Assembly (NCBI GenBank): GCA_964507945.1
Contig: CAZDRD010000001.1
Coordinates: 1 to 25,157, forward strand
DNA from: an uncultured Candidatus Saccharibacteria bacterium
Lineage (GTDB): Bacteria; Patescibacteriota; Minisyncoccia; Phycocordibacterales; UBA12088
Length of the DNA stretch: 25,157 nucleotides
Direction: 5' to 3'
The position numbers and the translations under genes are program-made. The notes under the pieces are model-generated. The model did not search any database, had not been told where the DNA came from, and saw nothing but the letters and a program-made list of their open reading frames with translations. This document shows positions 24,743 to 25,157 of this stretch, piece after piece; the first letter of the stretch is position 1; each line of letters starts with the position of its first letter.

Positions 24743-24848
24743 GAGTTCTTAGTATACTGTGCGTGCATCTCGCAGTCCAGTTTTTGTGCTATGTTGCTAT
24801 TTCAATATATTTACTGTACTTTCTATACAGACAATAGGAGCAATCACG

Positions 24849-25157
24849 ATGACAGACAAGATCATCTCGTTTTCAAAAGCCAAGGCAAGGCGGCCTGGAC
24901 AGATCCGCCTTGTTGCCCAAAAAAGTGAGCGAGTAAAGGTGGCATACCTCCCCAATGATGACATACTTCGTTTCGGCGATAAGTCGGGGACTTTGAGGCA
25001 CACGTCACCCTTCTCCAAAATCAGGTTATTAAAGGTATCTTACCAAAAAGACCTCGCCGGGGTTGAGATACTTCAATTTGGGACCTTGCTTGAAGAACAG
25101 TGCGTTCCCTTCGGTACATTTCTACAGTGGGCAATGATGTCGGATCTTAAAAGACTT
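24849..25157 (+). CDS. Orphan hypothetical protein, 3'-partial (runs off window)
   Basis: Manual translation MTDKIISFSKAKARRPGQIRLVAQKSERVKVAYLPNDDILRFG...SDLKRL, 103 codons with no stop; AGGAG 24836-24840, 8 nt before ATG. Confidence 0.65.
   Translation, partial: MTDKIISFSKAKARRPGQIRLVAQKSERVKVAYLPNDDILRFGDKSGTLRHTSPFSKIRLLKVSYQKDLAGVEILQFGTLLEEQCVPFGTFLQWAMMSDLKRL

Noticed and set aside
24797-25018. 73-aa minus-strand ORF in the track
   Set aside because: The opposite strand has a longer open frame with a well-spaced SD
1-25157. CRISPR array, rRNA, transposase, recoded TGA (code 25)
   Set aside because: No regularly spaced direct repeats, rRNA-like or transposase sequence seen; TGA ends several clearly complete genes (2344, 7836, 11488, 23926)

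Overview
Gene-dense bacterial window read in genetic code 11 (TGA used as stop). Short genes, mostly leaderless or SD-less starts and the gene content suggest a Patescibacteria/CPR (Parcubacteria-like) genome; this is inference. Left part: YdjM-like hydrolase, stand-alone C39-like peptidase, TspO, GNAT, YCII/VOC pair, a 726-aa secreted modular GH39-like glycoside hydrolase, a SET-domain methyltransferase divergent from a vasohibin-like Cys protease, a VanY-type D,D-carboxypeptidase and DUF1328. Middle (8.2-18.8 kb): surface-glycan locus with a Wzx-like flippase, 2 GT2, 2 GT4, two tandem GT-C (AftD/YfhO-like) membrane proteins and an NTP transferase, with no recognisable Wzy/Wzz. Right part: small secreted protein, ung, small membrane protein, EamA, DedA, an orphan, pyk, a PolB-like 3'-5' exonuclease and a partial orphan ORF missing from the ORF track. 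No rRNA, intact tRNA, CRISPR array or transposase seen. Most notable: the SET / vasohibin-like divergent pair, the GT-C tandem locus, the modular GH39 protein, two long intergenic inverted repeats sharing loop motifs, and a split between leaderless core genes and SD-led orphan genes. Family assignments come from motif recognition, not database searches.
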